Translations under genes and position numbers: made by a program
Source of the DNA: Candidatus Omnitrophota bacterium
Lineage (GTDB): Bacteria; Omnitrophota; Gorgyraeia; S143-82
Reading direction: 5' to 3'
DNA: 64,000 nt
Assembly (NCBI GenBank): GCA_015494465.1
Contig: WGBD01000001.1
Span: 244,477 to 308,476, forward strand
Part shown: positions 8,879 through 18,384 of the stretch, in pieces
Layout of the letters: the number at the start of each line of letters is the position of its first letter
How positions within the stretch are numbered: position 1 is the stretch's first letter
Notes under the pieces: generated by a model
What the model was told of the DNA's origin: nothing
Databases searched by the model: none
Seen by the model: the letters and a program-made list of their open reading frames with translations, nothing else

Positions 8879-9481
8879 TTAGCGACTGGAGGCGCCCTTG
8901 CCGATAACCTTGGCCTTTATCTCCTCCAACTGACTGCCTATCATGGCGTCTATCCGGCCCATAGAGGTCTGTATTACGCACCCGCCCCGGGAGACATCCT
9001 CCCGGGGAACGAAGTTGACTTTTGCGGTTATCCCCTGAAGGATGTCGTCTTTCCGCTCGAGGAGAATCGGCTCGTCTTCAGGGGATATGAATATCGTCAT
9101 CTCCTCCACCTCCTTCATACGGGATATCGCAGAGGAGACGATGTTAAGGACCAAGGACCTGTCTGTATCCAAGGCAGTGTTGACTATCTTCTCCGCTATG
9201 GTGAAGGCCAGTTCCACCAGATCCTTCTCCGCCTCGCGATATATCTGCTCCTTGTAGGCCAACAACTCCTCCACGACCGAGCTCAAGGACCGGATCTGCT
9301 CCTCTATCTGGGCAAGGGCCTCCTTCTTGCCCGCCTCAAAACCCTGTTGGTAGGCACGCCGGACTGCCTCTTCCAGACTCTCTTTCGGATCCTTCTCTTC
9401 CTCCCTGGGCAGGGCCGGGTCTTCGGGAGAAAATCGCCTGACCAGTTCTTCCGAACCGGAATGGATGATCCTCTTCCCCAT
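8879..9481 (-). CDS. fliH: Flagellar assembly protein FliH
   Basis: AYQQGFEAGKKE GxxxG repeats, GGCVIQT..G.IDA; between fliG and fliI. Confidence 0.9.
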   Translation of the reverse strand: MGKRIIHSGSEELVRRFSPEDPALPREEEKDPKESLEEAVRRAYQQGFEAGKKEALAQIEEQIRSLSSVVEELLAYKEQIYREAEKDLVELAFTIAEKIVNTALDTDRSLVLNIVSSAISRMKEVEEMTIFISPEDEPILLERKDDILQGITAKVNFVPREDVSRGGCVIQTSMGRIDAMIGSQLEEIKAKVIGKGASSR

Positions 9482-9484
9482 CCC

Positions 9485-10519
9485 TTACACCACCAACTCG
9501 TCCTCTTTTCCACCCCGACCGGATATCACTATCTCTCCTGCCTCCTCCAGCCTGCGGATTATGGCCACTATCCTCTGCTGGGCCTCCTCCACGGTGCGCA
9601 GCCTCACCGGTCCCATAAACTCCATCTCCTCCTTTATCGCCTCCGCAGCCCGCTTGGACATGTTCTTGAATATCTTCTCCTTCACCGCATCACTGGCACC
9701 CTTAAGGGCAACAGCCAGTTCCTTGGTGTCCACTTCCTTGAGGACCTGCTGGATACCGCGGTCGTTGATGTGGATGATGTCCTCAAAGACGAACATAAGC
9801 TTCCGCACCTCGTCTACCAGCTCCGGCTCGGTCTCCTCCATCGCCTCGAGTATCATCTTCTCCGTGCTCCGGTCCACATAGTTCAGTATCTCCGCGGTGG
9901 TCTTCACCCCTCCGGCAGTGGCGAGTCCTTGTGAAAAGAGGGAGGACAACTTGTGCTCAAGGGTCTTGCCTATGTCCATAACGATGTCCGGTGGGGTCCT
10001 GTCCATGGTGGTGATCCGTCGGGTTACCTCTATCTGCAGTTCCACCGGAAGAGAAGAGAGAATGCTCGCTGCGTACTCGGGCTCGAGATAGGAGAGTATC
10101 AGGGCAATGGTCTGAGGGTGTTCGTTCTGTATGAAGTTCAACAACTGCGAGGGCTCAGTCCGCTTCAGGAACTCAAACGGCGACTCCCCCGCCTTGCCTC
10201 CGACCTTGGCAATCAACTCCTGGGCCTTCTCCGGGCCCAGCGCTGCCTCCAAAAACTTCTGCGCGGTGAGCATGCCCCCCTTGATGAGCCGTCGCTTCTC
10301 CAAAAACCCCTCCCGAAACTCCCGCAGAACCGCATCTATCACCTCCTTGGAGACCGGCCCCAGATTGGCTATCTCCTTGGTGAGGAGTTCCACCTCGTGT
10401 TCGTCGAGGCGCTTAAAGATCTCGGCTGCCTTCTGCTGACCTATGGCCAACAGGAATACCGCTGCCTTCTGACGGGGGGTTAGGGCAGATGGGTCCTTTA
10501 TCACCTCTTCCTGAGGCAT
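9485..10519 (-). CDS. fliG: Flagellar motor switch protein FliG
   Basis: QKAAVFLLAIG, EHPQTIALILS, GGVK, MFVFED, NMSKRAA, GPVRL. Confidence 0.97.
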   Translation of the reverse strand: MPQEEVIKDPSALTPRQKAAVFLLAIGQQKAAEIFKRLDEHEVELLTKEIANLGPVSKEVIDAVLREFREGFLEKRRLIKGGMLTAQKFLEAALGPEKAQELIAKVGGKAGESPFEFLKRTEPSQLLNFIQNEHPQTIALILSYLEPEYAASILSSLPVELQIEVTRRITTMDRTPPDIVMDIGKTLEHKLSSLFSQGLATAGGVKTTAEILNYVDRSTEKMILEAMEETEPELVDEVRKLMFVFEDIIHINDRGIQQVLKEVDTKELAVALKGASDAVKEKIFKNMSKRAAEAIKEEMEFMGPVRLRTVEEAQQRIVAIIRRLEEAGEIVISGRGGKEDELVV

Positions 10520-11964
10520 CAGGACTCGCCCTCCTCTCCTTCCAGATACTCCCTCACCACATCCGCAGCCAGATCGTAGTTGTCCCCTATCACTTCACCG
10601 ATGTCCGGGGTACGGGGGCGCCGAGGGATCTGAGGCTTGACCTCGCTCACCGGCCTGGGCAGGCTCTGGGAGATGGACTTTATCGTGTTCTGCACGAAGA
10701 TTATCGCTATCAATAAGAGTATGCCCGCACCCGCGTACTTACCCACTTCCAAGGCAAGGGCCAGCATCTGTTCTTGACTCGCCTTCTTCTCTTGCTCTTT
10801 CAAGGCGGTCTTGTCAAACGGTATCTCGTTTATGGTAATGGTATCGCCCCGGGCGGGGTCCAGCCCCACTGCCTGGGCGACGAGGTCCTTGAGTTTGTTC
10901 TTCTCCTCCTCGGAGCGGGGCACATATTCCTTTTTGCCTCCTTTCTCCTCGTACTTCCCGTCCACCACCACCGCCACTGCCAAACGCTTTATGTTACCGG
11001 TAGACTCCACTATCCGGGCAACCGTCTTGCTCACCTCGTAGTTGGTAATCGCGTGCTCCTTTACCCCCTGACCGTCCGCAGAGGGCAGGACCTCTTTGGA
11101 GCTCTCTTCACTCCTGGGCACCAAAGACTCGGGATCGAACTTCTCCTCGGTCTTCTCTATCTTGGTGAAATCCAGATCCGCATTCACCCTCACCAAGGCC
11201 TTACCCGGCCCCAGCACCCCTGCCAGCATAGATGTGGCCTTCTGTTCCAGATACCGCTCCACGCTGCGCTTGACATCCAACTGGGCAGAGGACAGACCCT
11301 CTGCGGTGTCCATACCACCGTAAAGCAGGTCCCCGTAGGAATCTACCACGGTGATGTTCTCGGGTTTCAGCCCCTCCACCGAGCTGGCCACCAGGTGCAC
11401 TATCGCCCTCAACTGGGACTTGCTTAGCCCGGTGCTCGTATCCACCACCACCGATGCGCTCGGGGGTATGCGCTCCTCCTCGAACAACTCCCGCTTGGGC
11501 AGGGCAAGGTGCACCCTCGCACTGCGGATCCCCTTTATCGTGGATATCGTGCGGGCCAGTTCCCCTTCTAAGGCCCGCTTGTAATTGATCTGCTGGAGGT
11601 AATTGGTGGTGGTAAGGGAACTCTTGTCGAATATCTCGTATCCTACGCCCTTGCCCTGAGGCAGACCCTCCGAGGCAAGGGCGATCCTTGCCTGATAGAC
11701 ATACTTGCTCGGGACCATAATCACACTGCCCTTCACCTTCACCGGCACATTCATCTCCGCTAGTTTCTGTTGGATGGCCCCGGCATCTTGGGGATCAAGG
11801 TTTGCGTAGAGCACCGCATAATCCGGCTGGGCCAACCAGACCACCATCGCCACTATTACTATCAAAGAGGAGAAGAACACCAATCCCACGCTCAACTTCT
11901 GGGCAGAGGACATCTTGTTGAAGACGAGCAAGAACTGGCGGAGTATCTTGAGAAAATCACCCAT
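10519..11964 (-). CDS. fliF: Flagellar MS-ring protein FliF
   Basis: GYEIFD, YKRALEGELARTI, ARVHLALP, SASV, LVASSVEGL, G.D..RGD. Confidence 0.97.
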   Translation of the reverse strand: MGDFLKILRQFLLVFNKMSSAQKLSVGLVFFSSLIVIVAMVVWLAQPDYAVLYANLDPQDAGAIQQKLAEMNVPVKVKGSVIMVPSKYVYQARIALASEGLPQGKGVGYEIFDKSSLTTTNYLQQINYKRALEGELARTISTIKGIRSARVHLALPKRELFEEERIPPSASVVVDTSTGLSKSQLRAIVHLVASSVEGLKPENITVVDSYGDLLYGGMDTAEGLSSAQLDVKRSVERYLEQKATSMLAGVLGPGKALVRVNADLDFTKIEKTEEKFDPESLVPRSEESSKEVLPSADGQGVKEHAITNYEVSKTVARIVESTGNIKRLAVAVVVDGKYEEKGGKKEYVPRSEEEKNKLKDLVAQAVGLDPARGDTITINEIPFDKTALKEQEKKASQEQMLALALEVGKYAGAGILLLIAIIFVQNTIKSISQSLPRPVSEVKPQIPRRPRTPDIGEVIGDNYDLAADVVREYLEGEEGES

Positions 11965-12014
11965 AAATCCCGCCTTTACCCCCCTGATACAACGGTTTTA
12001 TTTTCGTTTATAAC

Positions 12015-12023
12015 ATTATACCA
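12015..12023 (-). promoter_or_regulatory. Extended -10 promoter upstream of fliF
   Basis: TG-G-TATAAT on the minus strand in the AT-rich gap between fliM and fliF. Confidence 0.6.
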
Positions 12024-12032
12024 CATAACCAA

Positions 12033-12974
12033 TTACTCACCTAATCGGAGCACCTTCCTGCCGTTCTCGTTCTGCCACTTCGCCTTGGAAATCGGCTTGC
12101 TCTCCAGGTAAATGTCCACCTCAGGCACCGCCTTCTTGTCCAACACTATGACATCGCCCACCTTTAACGAGACCACATCCTTGACCTCCAACCTTATCCT
12201 ATCCAGGATCCCCCGCACATTCGAGGGCACGACCAACAGGTTGGAACGCCACCTCCGCTTCAATTCCGGACGACCGGCCTTGCCCGTCTGGCGCTTCAAG
12301 AGCCCCGGTATGAGGGGCTCCAGGAAGTTTATCGGGTAGCAAAGGCTCAGTATACCGTGGGCATCCCCCATCCTCACATCGAAACAGACCAACAGGACCA
12401 GCTCGTTCGGGGCCAACACCTGAGCGAAGTAGGGATTCGACTCCTTCTCCACCACCTTGGGATTCATCTCCGCAACGCCCGACCACATCTGCCGGAACTC
12501 GGAGAGGATCTTATCTATCACCCGGGTGGCGACCGTCCACTCTATCTCGGTCAGTTCCCGGTTCGGTTGGGATATGGGCCGGGCACTGCCCCCCATCAGC
12601 CTGTCTATTATCACCAAGAGGATGCTGGGGTTTATCTCCACCACAATCTTCCCCGGTATCGGAGGGCACTCCACGACATTAAAACAGGTGGCCAGAGGCA
12701 CGGACATCAAGAACTCCTGATAGGTGAGTTGGTCGATGGAGGATATGGAGACATCCAGCATCGAGCGGGTATAGCCCGCTATCGCCAGGGCAAGGTTCCT
12801 GGCAAAACTCTCGTGAAGGGCCCTTAATCGGCGCAGGCCCTCTTTAGGAAAGCGTTCGGGGTTGCGGAAGTCGTATATCCGGGCCTTGCGCTTGCGCAAT
12901 TCCTCAGGAGTGATCTTCTTGCTTTTCGACAATAGCGCGTCTATTTCCTCCTGGGATAGGATCTTGTCTGCCAT
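12033..12974 (-). CDS. fliM: Flagellar motor switch protein FliM, paralog with the CheY-binding N-terminus
   Basis: ILSQEEIDALL, YDFRNP, LHESFAR, IDRLMGG, RELTEIE, ESNP. Confidence 0.92.
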   Translation of the reverse strand: MADKILSQEEIDALLSKSKKITPEELRKRKARIYDFRNPERFPKEGLRRLRALHESFARNLALAIAGYTRSMLDVSISSIDQLTYQEFLMSVPLATCFNVVECPPIPGKIVVEINPSILLVIIDRLMGGSARPISQPNRELTEIEWTVATRVIDKILSEFRQMWSGVAEMNPKVVEKESNPYFAQVLAPNELVLLVCFDVRMGDAHGILSLCYPINFLEPLIPGLLKRQTGKAGRPELKRRWRSNLLVVPSNVRGILDRIRLEVKDVVSLKVGDVIVLDKKAVPEVDIYLESKPISKAKWQNENGRKVLRLGE

Positions 12975-12978
12975 AACT

Positions 12979-15378
12979 TCACACCCTCACCCTTATTCGC
13001 CTTCCCAACTCCTCCCACAATACCTTCAGGTCCGGCAATATCTTATCCCGGGCTTCTTTATTGTAATGGATAAACACATTCTGCAGTTCCCAAAGGTTCA
13101 CCTGTATCCTCAACCTCGCGGACAACTCCAACAGCCTCAACAGATCCGCAAGGACTTCCCTATTCACCTCCTCGGAAAGGCGTACGACCAAGCCCTCCAG
13201 TATCCTCTCCAAGGCCTCCTTCACCTGCCCCACCTCAACCGAGCCACCGTAGCCCTCTATCTCCTCGATAACCGCGATTACCTGAGAATAGGTCTCGTCG
13301 TCAAGACTGCCCGAGGCCAGCAACGACTTCAGCCTGCGGTTCAGGACCTGCTGGATGACCAAGGTAAGGGTGAAGGGTAGGGAGTAGTTCAGGGCCCTCA
13401 AGCCTTCAAAGAATATCTGATAGGCGTCAAACAGAGACTCAAATGTCTCCTCAAAGTGGACCAGGGTCTCCTTAACCACCCGATCCAGTATCTTCTGTCT
13501 CTCGTCTATGACCACCACATCCATACCGTAGTAGGAGTGGCCAAAGTAGAGGTCCATCCTGCGAATCAACTCCGTCAGGTTGTGATCCCTGAAGGCAGAG
13601 GATATCCCGTTGATAAACTCACCAAAACCCGCGTCGTCGAATCCCTCCTTGAGCGAACACCTGACATCGTGTGCCCCACTGTAGAAGACCACGAACTCAA
13701 AAGCCCTCTCCTCCTCGGTAGGCAGATGGCCTATCTTCAGCCGACCCACGCTTATCTGGTAGTCGTTGAACGCGTCGCGGTAGAACTCGTCGCTGTCCAC
13801 TGCATAGACATACATCCGCACCGGATTGTCCTCCAGAGGAAGGAAGAGGTTGTATATGGCAAAGTGGGCAGACATCTCCTCTATCCCCCGCCTCCGCACC
13901 TTGGCGAAGTTTTCGTATATCCACGCACCGTCGTGGAACTCCTTTATGTTGCTCTTGGCCTCGGCCAGTATGGACTTTATCTCCTCCTCCACGCCGTCGA
14001 AGCCCAGGTCCTCTAGCAGTTCGATACACCGCACCGCGTAGGTCAGAATCTGGGTGGCCTCAAGGCCGGATATCTCGTCAAAAAACCAGGCACAACTGGT
14101 GAATATGAACAGGGAAAACTTCCCCGCCTCCAGTGCCTTCCATATCCTTACCCGCTCCTCCCGGGAGAGGCTCTTTCCGATCCTCTCCTCCAGCCACTCC
14201 CGGCGCAGGTGCGGTTTCAGCATCACCTGAATGTAATCCTTTAAGAGGGCATCCGGATCCCCGTACTCCCTTAAGACCTCCCCGATGGCCCCGTCGGTTA
14301 TCTCCCGCAAGCGGTCCATCGCCCTGCGCAGGGGCGTGCGCCACTTCTGGTTCCACTCATTACCACCTATCTTGCACCCGCAATCACTGCGCCAGCGCTC
14401 CACCCCGTGGGCACAGCTCCAGGAGGTGTTCTCCCATATCTCCACCTCAAACATCGGCGGGAACTTCGCAAGGAAGACAGAATAGTTGGTAATCTCCACC
14501 TCCGGATGCTCAAGAGCTCGCTTTATCGCGTAGGCAAGACCCATCTCCCCAAACTTGTGGTGGTGCCCGTAGGTCTCCCCGTCAGTGGCCACATTCACTA
14601 GCACCGCCGGCACATCCGAAAACGGCAGGGGCGCATCCGCCACCCCCAACAGTCTCTGAAAAAATGCCTCTCCGCTGTTCAACAGTCCCCCAAAGGCGAT
14701 GTCCTGAGCGATGGGCCCGTCGTAAAAGAACAGGACTATGCTCTTGCCCCCGGGCAACCTGCAGAGATAGGGAAACCGGCAGTCTATTCCGCCCTGAACC
14801 TCTATCCAGCGCTTGCTCCCCAACTTCCTAAAGCGTCTGGCCTGATAAGGCGAGAGTATCGTAAACTTTATACCGTGGTCCGCCAGGACCTCCAGAGTCT
14901 CTGTGTCCACCGCTGTCTCCGACAGCCACATCCCTTCGGGGTCGCGGTGGAAGTGATAGCGAAAGTCCTCTATCGCCCACTTCACCTGTATCTCTTTGTC
15001 CTTCCGGGTGGCCAAGGGCATTATTATGTGGTTGTATATCTGGGCGATGGCATTGCCGTGGCCGTTGTTCCTGTGGACGCTGGCGGTGTCCGCCTCTATT
15101 ATCTTCCTGTAGGTGGCAGGGGAATACCTCTCCAGCCAGCGCATCAGGGTGGGACCGAAGTTGAAACTTATGTACTCGTAGTTGTTCAACAACTCCACGA
15201 TGTACTGCTCCGCATCCAGTATCCTCGCAGCGGTATTCGGAGTGTAACACTCCGCATCCACCCTTTGATTCCAGTCGTGGTAGGGGTAGGCGGAATCCTG
15301 GCGCTCTATCACATCCAGCCAAGGGTTCTCCCTAGGGGGTTGATAAAAGTGGCCGTGAATACAGATGTACTTCTTCAT
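12979..15378 (-). CDS. Glycoside hydrolase family 57 protein with DUF3536
   Basis: IHGHFYQPPRENPW, SFNFGPTL, GMWLSETAVD, ATDGETYGHH, SWSCAHGVERW, FTSCAWFFD. Confidence 0.93.
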   Translation of the reverse strand: MKKYICIHGHFYQPPRENPWLDVIERQDSAYPYHDWNQRVDAECYTPNTAARILDAEQYIVELLNNYEYISFNFGPTLMRWLERYSPATYRKIIEADTASVHRNNGHGNAIAQIYNHIIMPLATRKDKEIQVKWAIEDFRYHFHRDPEGMWLSETAVDTETLEVLADHGIKFTILSPYQARRFRKLGSKRWIEVQGGIDCRFPYLCRLPGGKSIVLFFYDGPIAQDIAFGGLLNSGEAFFQRLLGVADAPLPFSDVPAVLVNVATDGETYGHHHKFGEMGLAYAIKRALEHPEVEITNYSVFLAKFPPMFEVEIWENTSWSCAHGVERWRSDCGCKIGGNEWNQKWRTPLRRAMDRLREITDGAIGEVLREYGDPDALLKDYIQVMLKPHLRREWLEERIGKSLSREERVRIWKALEAGKFSLFIFTSCAWFFDEISGLEATQILTYAVRCIELLEDLGFDGVEEEIKSILAEAKSNIKEFHDGAWIYENFAKVRRRGIEEMSAHFAIYNLFLPLEDNPVRMYVYAVDSDEFYRDAFNDYQISVGRLKIGHLPTEEERAFEFVVFYSGAHDVRCSLKEGFDDAGFGEFINGISSAFRDHNLTELIRRMDLYFGHSYYGMDVVVIDERQKILDRVVKETLVHFEETFESLFDAYQIFFEGLRALNYSLPFTLTLVIQQVLNRRLKSLLASGSLDDETYSQVIAVIEEIEGYGGSVEVGQVKEALERILEGLVVRLSEEVNREVLADLLRLLELSARLRIQVNLWELQNVFIHYNKEARDKILPDLKVLWEELGRRIRVRV

Positions 15379-15382
15379 CCCC

Positions 15383-15745
15383 TCAATCCACCTTCTTCAC
15401 ATACACGAAGCGCTCCCTGCGGATGCGCTCACCGTCCTTCCACCAGATAAGTAATTCGTACCTCTTAAGGCCCTTCAACCTGTCCTGATAGGGCAAGTCC
15501 AGATCCGATTCCGCAACCTTCCAGTGATACTTGCCTTCCGTCCCCGACGAGGCAGAGAGCACCCCCCGCTTCAATTCCTCTATCTTCCTCTGGGCTAGTA
15601 GCCCTGCCTGAGTCCACATCTCTGCTCGGGTATTGCCCTTCATCCCGGAGTTGAAGGCAGGCATGAGCCCTATTATCCCTATCACCAGGATCAAACTCGC
15701 AATCAATACCTCTATAAGGCTAAACCCAAGCCTACTCCACTGCAT
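15383..15745 (-). CDS. Prepilin-type N-methylation domain protein (GspI/PilV-like pseudopilin)
   Basis: G|FSLIEVLIA cleavage motif with E5 and a hydrophobic helix. Confidence 0.85.
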   Translation of the reverse strand: MQWSRLGFSLIEVLIASLILVIGIIGLMPAFNSGMKGNTRAEMWTQAGLLAQRKIEELKRGVLSASSGTEGKYHWKVAESDLDLPYQDRLKGLKRYELLIWWKDGERIRRERFVYVKKVD

Positions 15746-16271
15746 TCGCCATCACCTCGTAGGAAAAGACGGAATCGCTCCTATCCCCCTGCCACCTCAA
15801 CACGCACCGCACCGCCTTTGGTAGGTCCGGCCCACAGGTAACCTTCCAACCGTCGTAATAGTAATCCAACCGTGCCCTCTCCAGGCTATCCGTGAGGACC
15901 TCTTCCTCCCCTACCGTGGTGAAGTCGTAGTCCGTGTCCCACTCCACTGCCCGGTAGAACTTGTCCCCCTCGAAACGATAGTGTATCTCCGCCATGTGAA
16001 AGTCATCTCCCCGCTTGCGGGTGCTCAGGAAGACCAGTCTATCTGCCGATCCCTGGCACCTGACGCACATCCCCGTAAGATCTCTATAGAGTACCTCCGA
16101 AATCAATCGGGCCCTCTCCCTTTTCTCCGATCGCTCCAGTCCCCGGGAATAGACGCGGCTGAAACTCCTGAACAACAAATAGGCACTGCTCACGATAAAG
16201 GAAAAGACCGCCACCGCGATGAGCAACTCCACCAAGGTAACACCCAATTTGTCCCGGCACCCGTTAAACAT
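15732..16271 (-). CDS. Prepilin-type N-methylation domain protein (GspJ/PilW-like pseudopilin)
   Basis: G|VTLVELLIA motif; C-terminal W....LPKAV resembles GspJ. Confidence 0.8.
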   Translation of the reverse strand: MFNGCRDKLGVTLVELLIAVAVFSFIVSSAYLLFRSFSRVYSRGLERSEKRERARLISEVLYRDLTGMCVRCQGSADRLVFLSTRKRGDDFHMAEIHYRFEGDKFYRAVEWDTDYDFTTVGEEEVLTDSLERARLDYYYDGWKVTCGPDLPKAVRCVLRWQGDRSDSVFSYEVMANAVE

Positions 16272-16321
16272 ACATCGCTACCTATTAACATTAGTTTATC
16301 ACAACTACCGTCGCCAAGTAA

Positions 16322-16330
16322 TGGTATACT
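16322..16330 (+). promoter_or_regulatory. Extended -10 promoter for mnmG
   Basis: TG-G-TATACT, 11 nt upstream of the ATG. Confidence 0.45.
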
Positions 16331-16341
16331 GTTAGGATACC

Positions 16342-18156
16342 ATGGCAACCGGCACGGATGTAGACATAATCGTGGTAGGCGGAGGCCACGCGGGGATAGA
16401 GGCCTGCCTCGCCTGTGCCCGGATGGGATTGGAGACCCTCCTTATAACCCACTCTTTGGACAAGATAGGCGAGATGTCCTGTAACCCCTCCATAGGGGGG
16501 ATAGGCAAGGGACAACTCGTGCGGGAGATAGACGCCCTCGGCGGGGAGATGGCCCGGGCGATAGACGAGACCGGGATACAGTTTCGCATCCTGAACAAGA
16601 GGAAAGGACCCGCAGTACAGGCCCGGCGGGCGCAGGCGGACCGGTTCAGGTACCGCGATTACATGAAACACCGCCTGCTCAATACCGAAAACCTGTTCGT
16701 CTGGCAGGCAGAGGTCACGCGCCTGCTCATCAAGGACAATCGGGTGACGGGGGTTGAGGACTCCTACGGGAGGAAGTTTACCGCTAAGGCGGTGATACTC
16801 GCCACCGGCACATTCATGCACGGGCTCATACACATCGGACCAACCCAGATCCCCGGAGGCAGGCTCACCGATCCCGCCAGTCAGGAACTCCCCGAGCAAC
16901 TGAAGACCTTAGGCCTCAGGATAGAGAGGTTCAAGACCGGCACCTGCCCCCGCTTGGATGCCCGGAGCATAAACTACGAGAGGATGCAAGTCCAATACGG
17001 GGAGGAGCCCGTCCCCTACTTCTCGTTCTACAGCGAAAAAGGCCCTATAGAGCAGGTGCCCTGCTACCTGACCTACACCACCCCAGAGACGCACCGGATA
17101 ATCCAGTCCGCCTTGCCCTTTTCTCCCCTCTACACCGGGGTGATAAAGGCAAGAGGCGTTCGCTACTGCCCCTCCATAGAGGACAAGATAGTGCGCTTTC
17201 CCCATCACGAACGGCACTACATATTCGTAGAGCCCGAAGGGCGACAGACCACCGAGGTCTATCCCAACGGAACCTCCAATTCTCTTCCACTGGAGTTTCA
17301 GGAGAAGATGATACGCTCCATCCCCGGGCTGGAGGAGGCCAAGATACTCAAACCCGGTTACGGCATAGAGCACGACTACATAGACCCCCGCCAGCTCTAT
17401 CCGAGCCTTGAGACCCGCCTCGTAGAGAACCTCTTTACCGCAGGCCAGATAAACGGGACCACCGGCTACGAGGAGGCTGCCTGTCAGGGACTCATCGCCG
17501 GGATAAATGCAACCCTAAAGGTCAGGGGCAAACCGCCCCTCATCTTGCGCAGGGACCAGGCCTACATAGGCGTCCTGATAGACGACCTCACCCGCAAAGG
17601 CACCGACGAGCCCTACCGTATGCTCTCCTCCCGGGTGGAACACAGACTCGCCCTGAGGGAGGACAATGCAGACCTGCGCCTGATGGAGATAGGCTATCAG
17701 TTAGGACTGATAAGTGAAGAGAGGATCCAAAAGAAGCGCGAGAAAGAGAAGGAGATTTCAAGGATTCGGGTGTTCTTTCAGACCCACCGCCTCAACGACG
17801 GTAACACCGTAGAGAAGGCCCTCTCCCAGCCCGGCGTATGGCTAAAGGACCTCTTCCCCGAACCCGAGAAGACGCTAAACTTTGACCCCGAGGCCCTGCG
17901 GGTGGCAGAGGTGGAGGCAAAGTACGCGGGATTCATAGAGCGGGCAAGGCGACAGGCAGAGCGGATCCACCAACTGGACAGGGTAAAGATACCTCCGGAG
18001 ATGGACTACGACGCCATCCCTTCACTGCCCAGAGAGGCCCGGGAGAAACTGAAACAGAGGAGACCCCAGACACTGGGCGAGGCCTACGACATACCCGGGA
18101 TAGGGCTGGACACGATAAACCTGTTGTGGACCCTGATAAAACGAAAGGAGGCCTGA
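16342..18156 (+). CDS. mnmG: tRNA uridine 5-carboxymethylaminomethyl modification enzyme MnmG/GidA
   Basis: VVGGGHAGIEA, MSCNPSIGG.GKG.LVREIDALGG, RYCPSIEDK, AGQINGTTGYEEAA. Confidence 0.98.
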   Translation: MATGTDVDIIVVGGGHAGIEACLACARMGLETLLITHSLDKIGEMSCNPSIGGIGKGQLVREIDALGGEMARAIDETGIQFRILNKRKGPAVQARRAQADRFRYRDYMKHRLLNTENLFVWQAEVTRLLIKDNRVTGVEDSYGRKFTAKAVILATGTFMHGLIHIGPTQIPGGRLTDPASQELPEQLKTLGLRIERFKTGTCPRLDARSINYERMQVQYGEEPVPYFSFYSEKGPIEQVPCYLTYTTPETHRIIQSALPFSPLYTGVIKARGVRYCPSIEDKIVRFPHHERHYIFVEPEGRQTTEVYPNGTSNSLPLEFQEKMIRSIPGLEEAKILKPGYGIEHDYIDPRQLYPSLETRLVENLFTAGQINGTTGYEEAACQGLIAGINATLKVRGKPPLILRRDQAYIGVLIDDLTRKGTDEPYRMLSSRVEHRLALREDNADLRLMEIGYQLGLISEERIQKKREKEKEISRIRVFFQTHRLNDGNTVEKALSQPGVWLKDLFPEPEKTLNFDPEALRVAEVEAKYAGFIERARRQAERIHQLDRVKIPPEMDYDAIPSLPREAREKLKQRRPQTLGEAYDIPGIGLDTINLLWTLIKRKEA

Positions 18157-18157
18157 G

Positions 18158-18313
18158 ATGCTGTTCCTGTTAGGGATTGTCTCACCGCTATTGTCCATCG
18201 TGATCGGCGTGCTGATCTTGATATTCCCCCAACTGCTCAACTACCTGGTGGCAATATACCTCATCCTGTCGGGGATAATCGGCCTTTTGATGCGCAATGC
18301 ACTGATGTATTGA
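18158..18313 (+). CDS. Small membrane protein, DUF3096-like (51 aa)
   Basis: Manual translation MLFLLGIVSPLLSIVIGVLILIFPQLLNYLVAIYLILSGIIGLLMRNALMY; SD AGGAGG; P.LLNY.VA.YLI..G motif; below the ORF-track size cutoff. Confidence 0.8.
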   Translation: MLFLLGIVSPLLSIVIGVLILIFPQLLNYLVAIYLILSGIIGLLMRNALMY

Positions 18314-18384
18314 TCTGAACAATATAATTCACGAGATCCTGATAAAATTAGCTATTTCGAGGGCAATCTATCCTCTGGAACATC

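Noticed and set aside
7561-11964. Non-flagellar type III secretion interpretation
   Set aside because: Hook, hook cap, stator, C-ring, FlhF/FlhG, FliA and FlgM genes identify a true flagellar system.
16291-17373. Minus-strand ORFs of 202 and 154 aa
   Set aside because: Antisense to mnmG; no independent coding signal.
18314-18384. Terminator or att site between the convergent DUF3096 and fibre genes
   Set aside because: No convincing stem with a U tract, no direct repeat, and no tRNA or integrase nearby.
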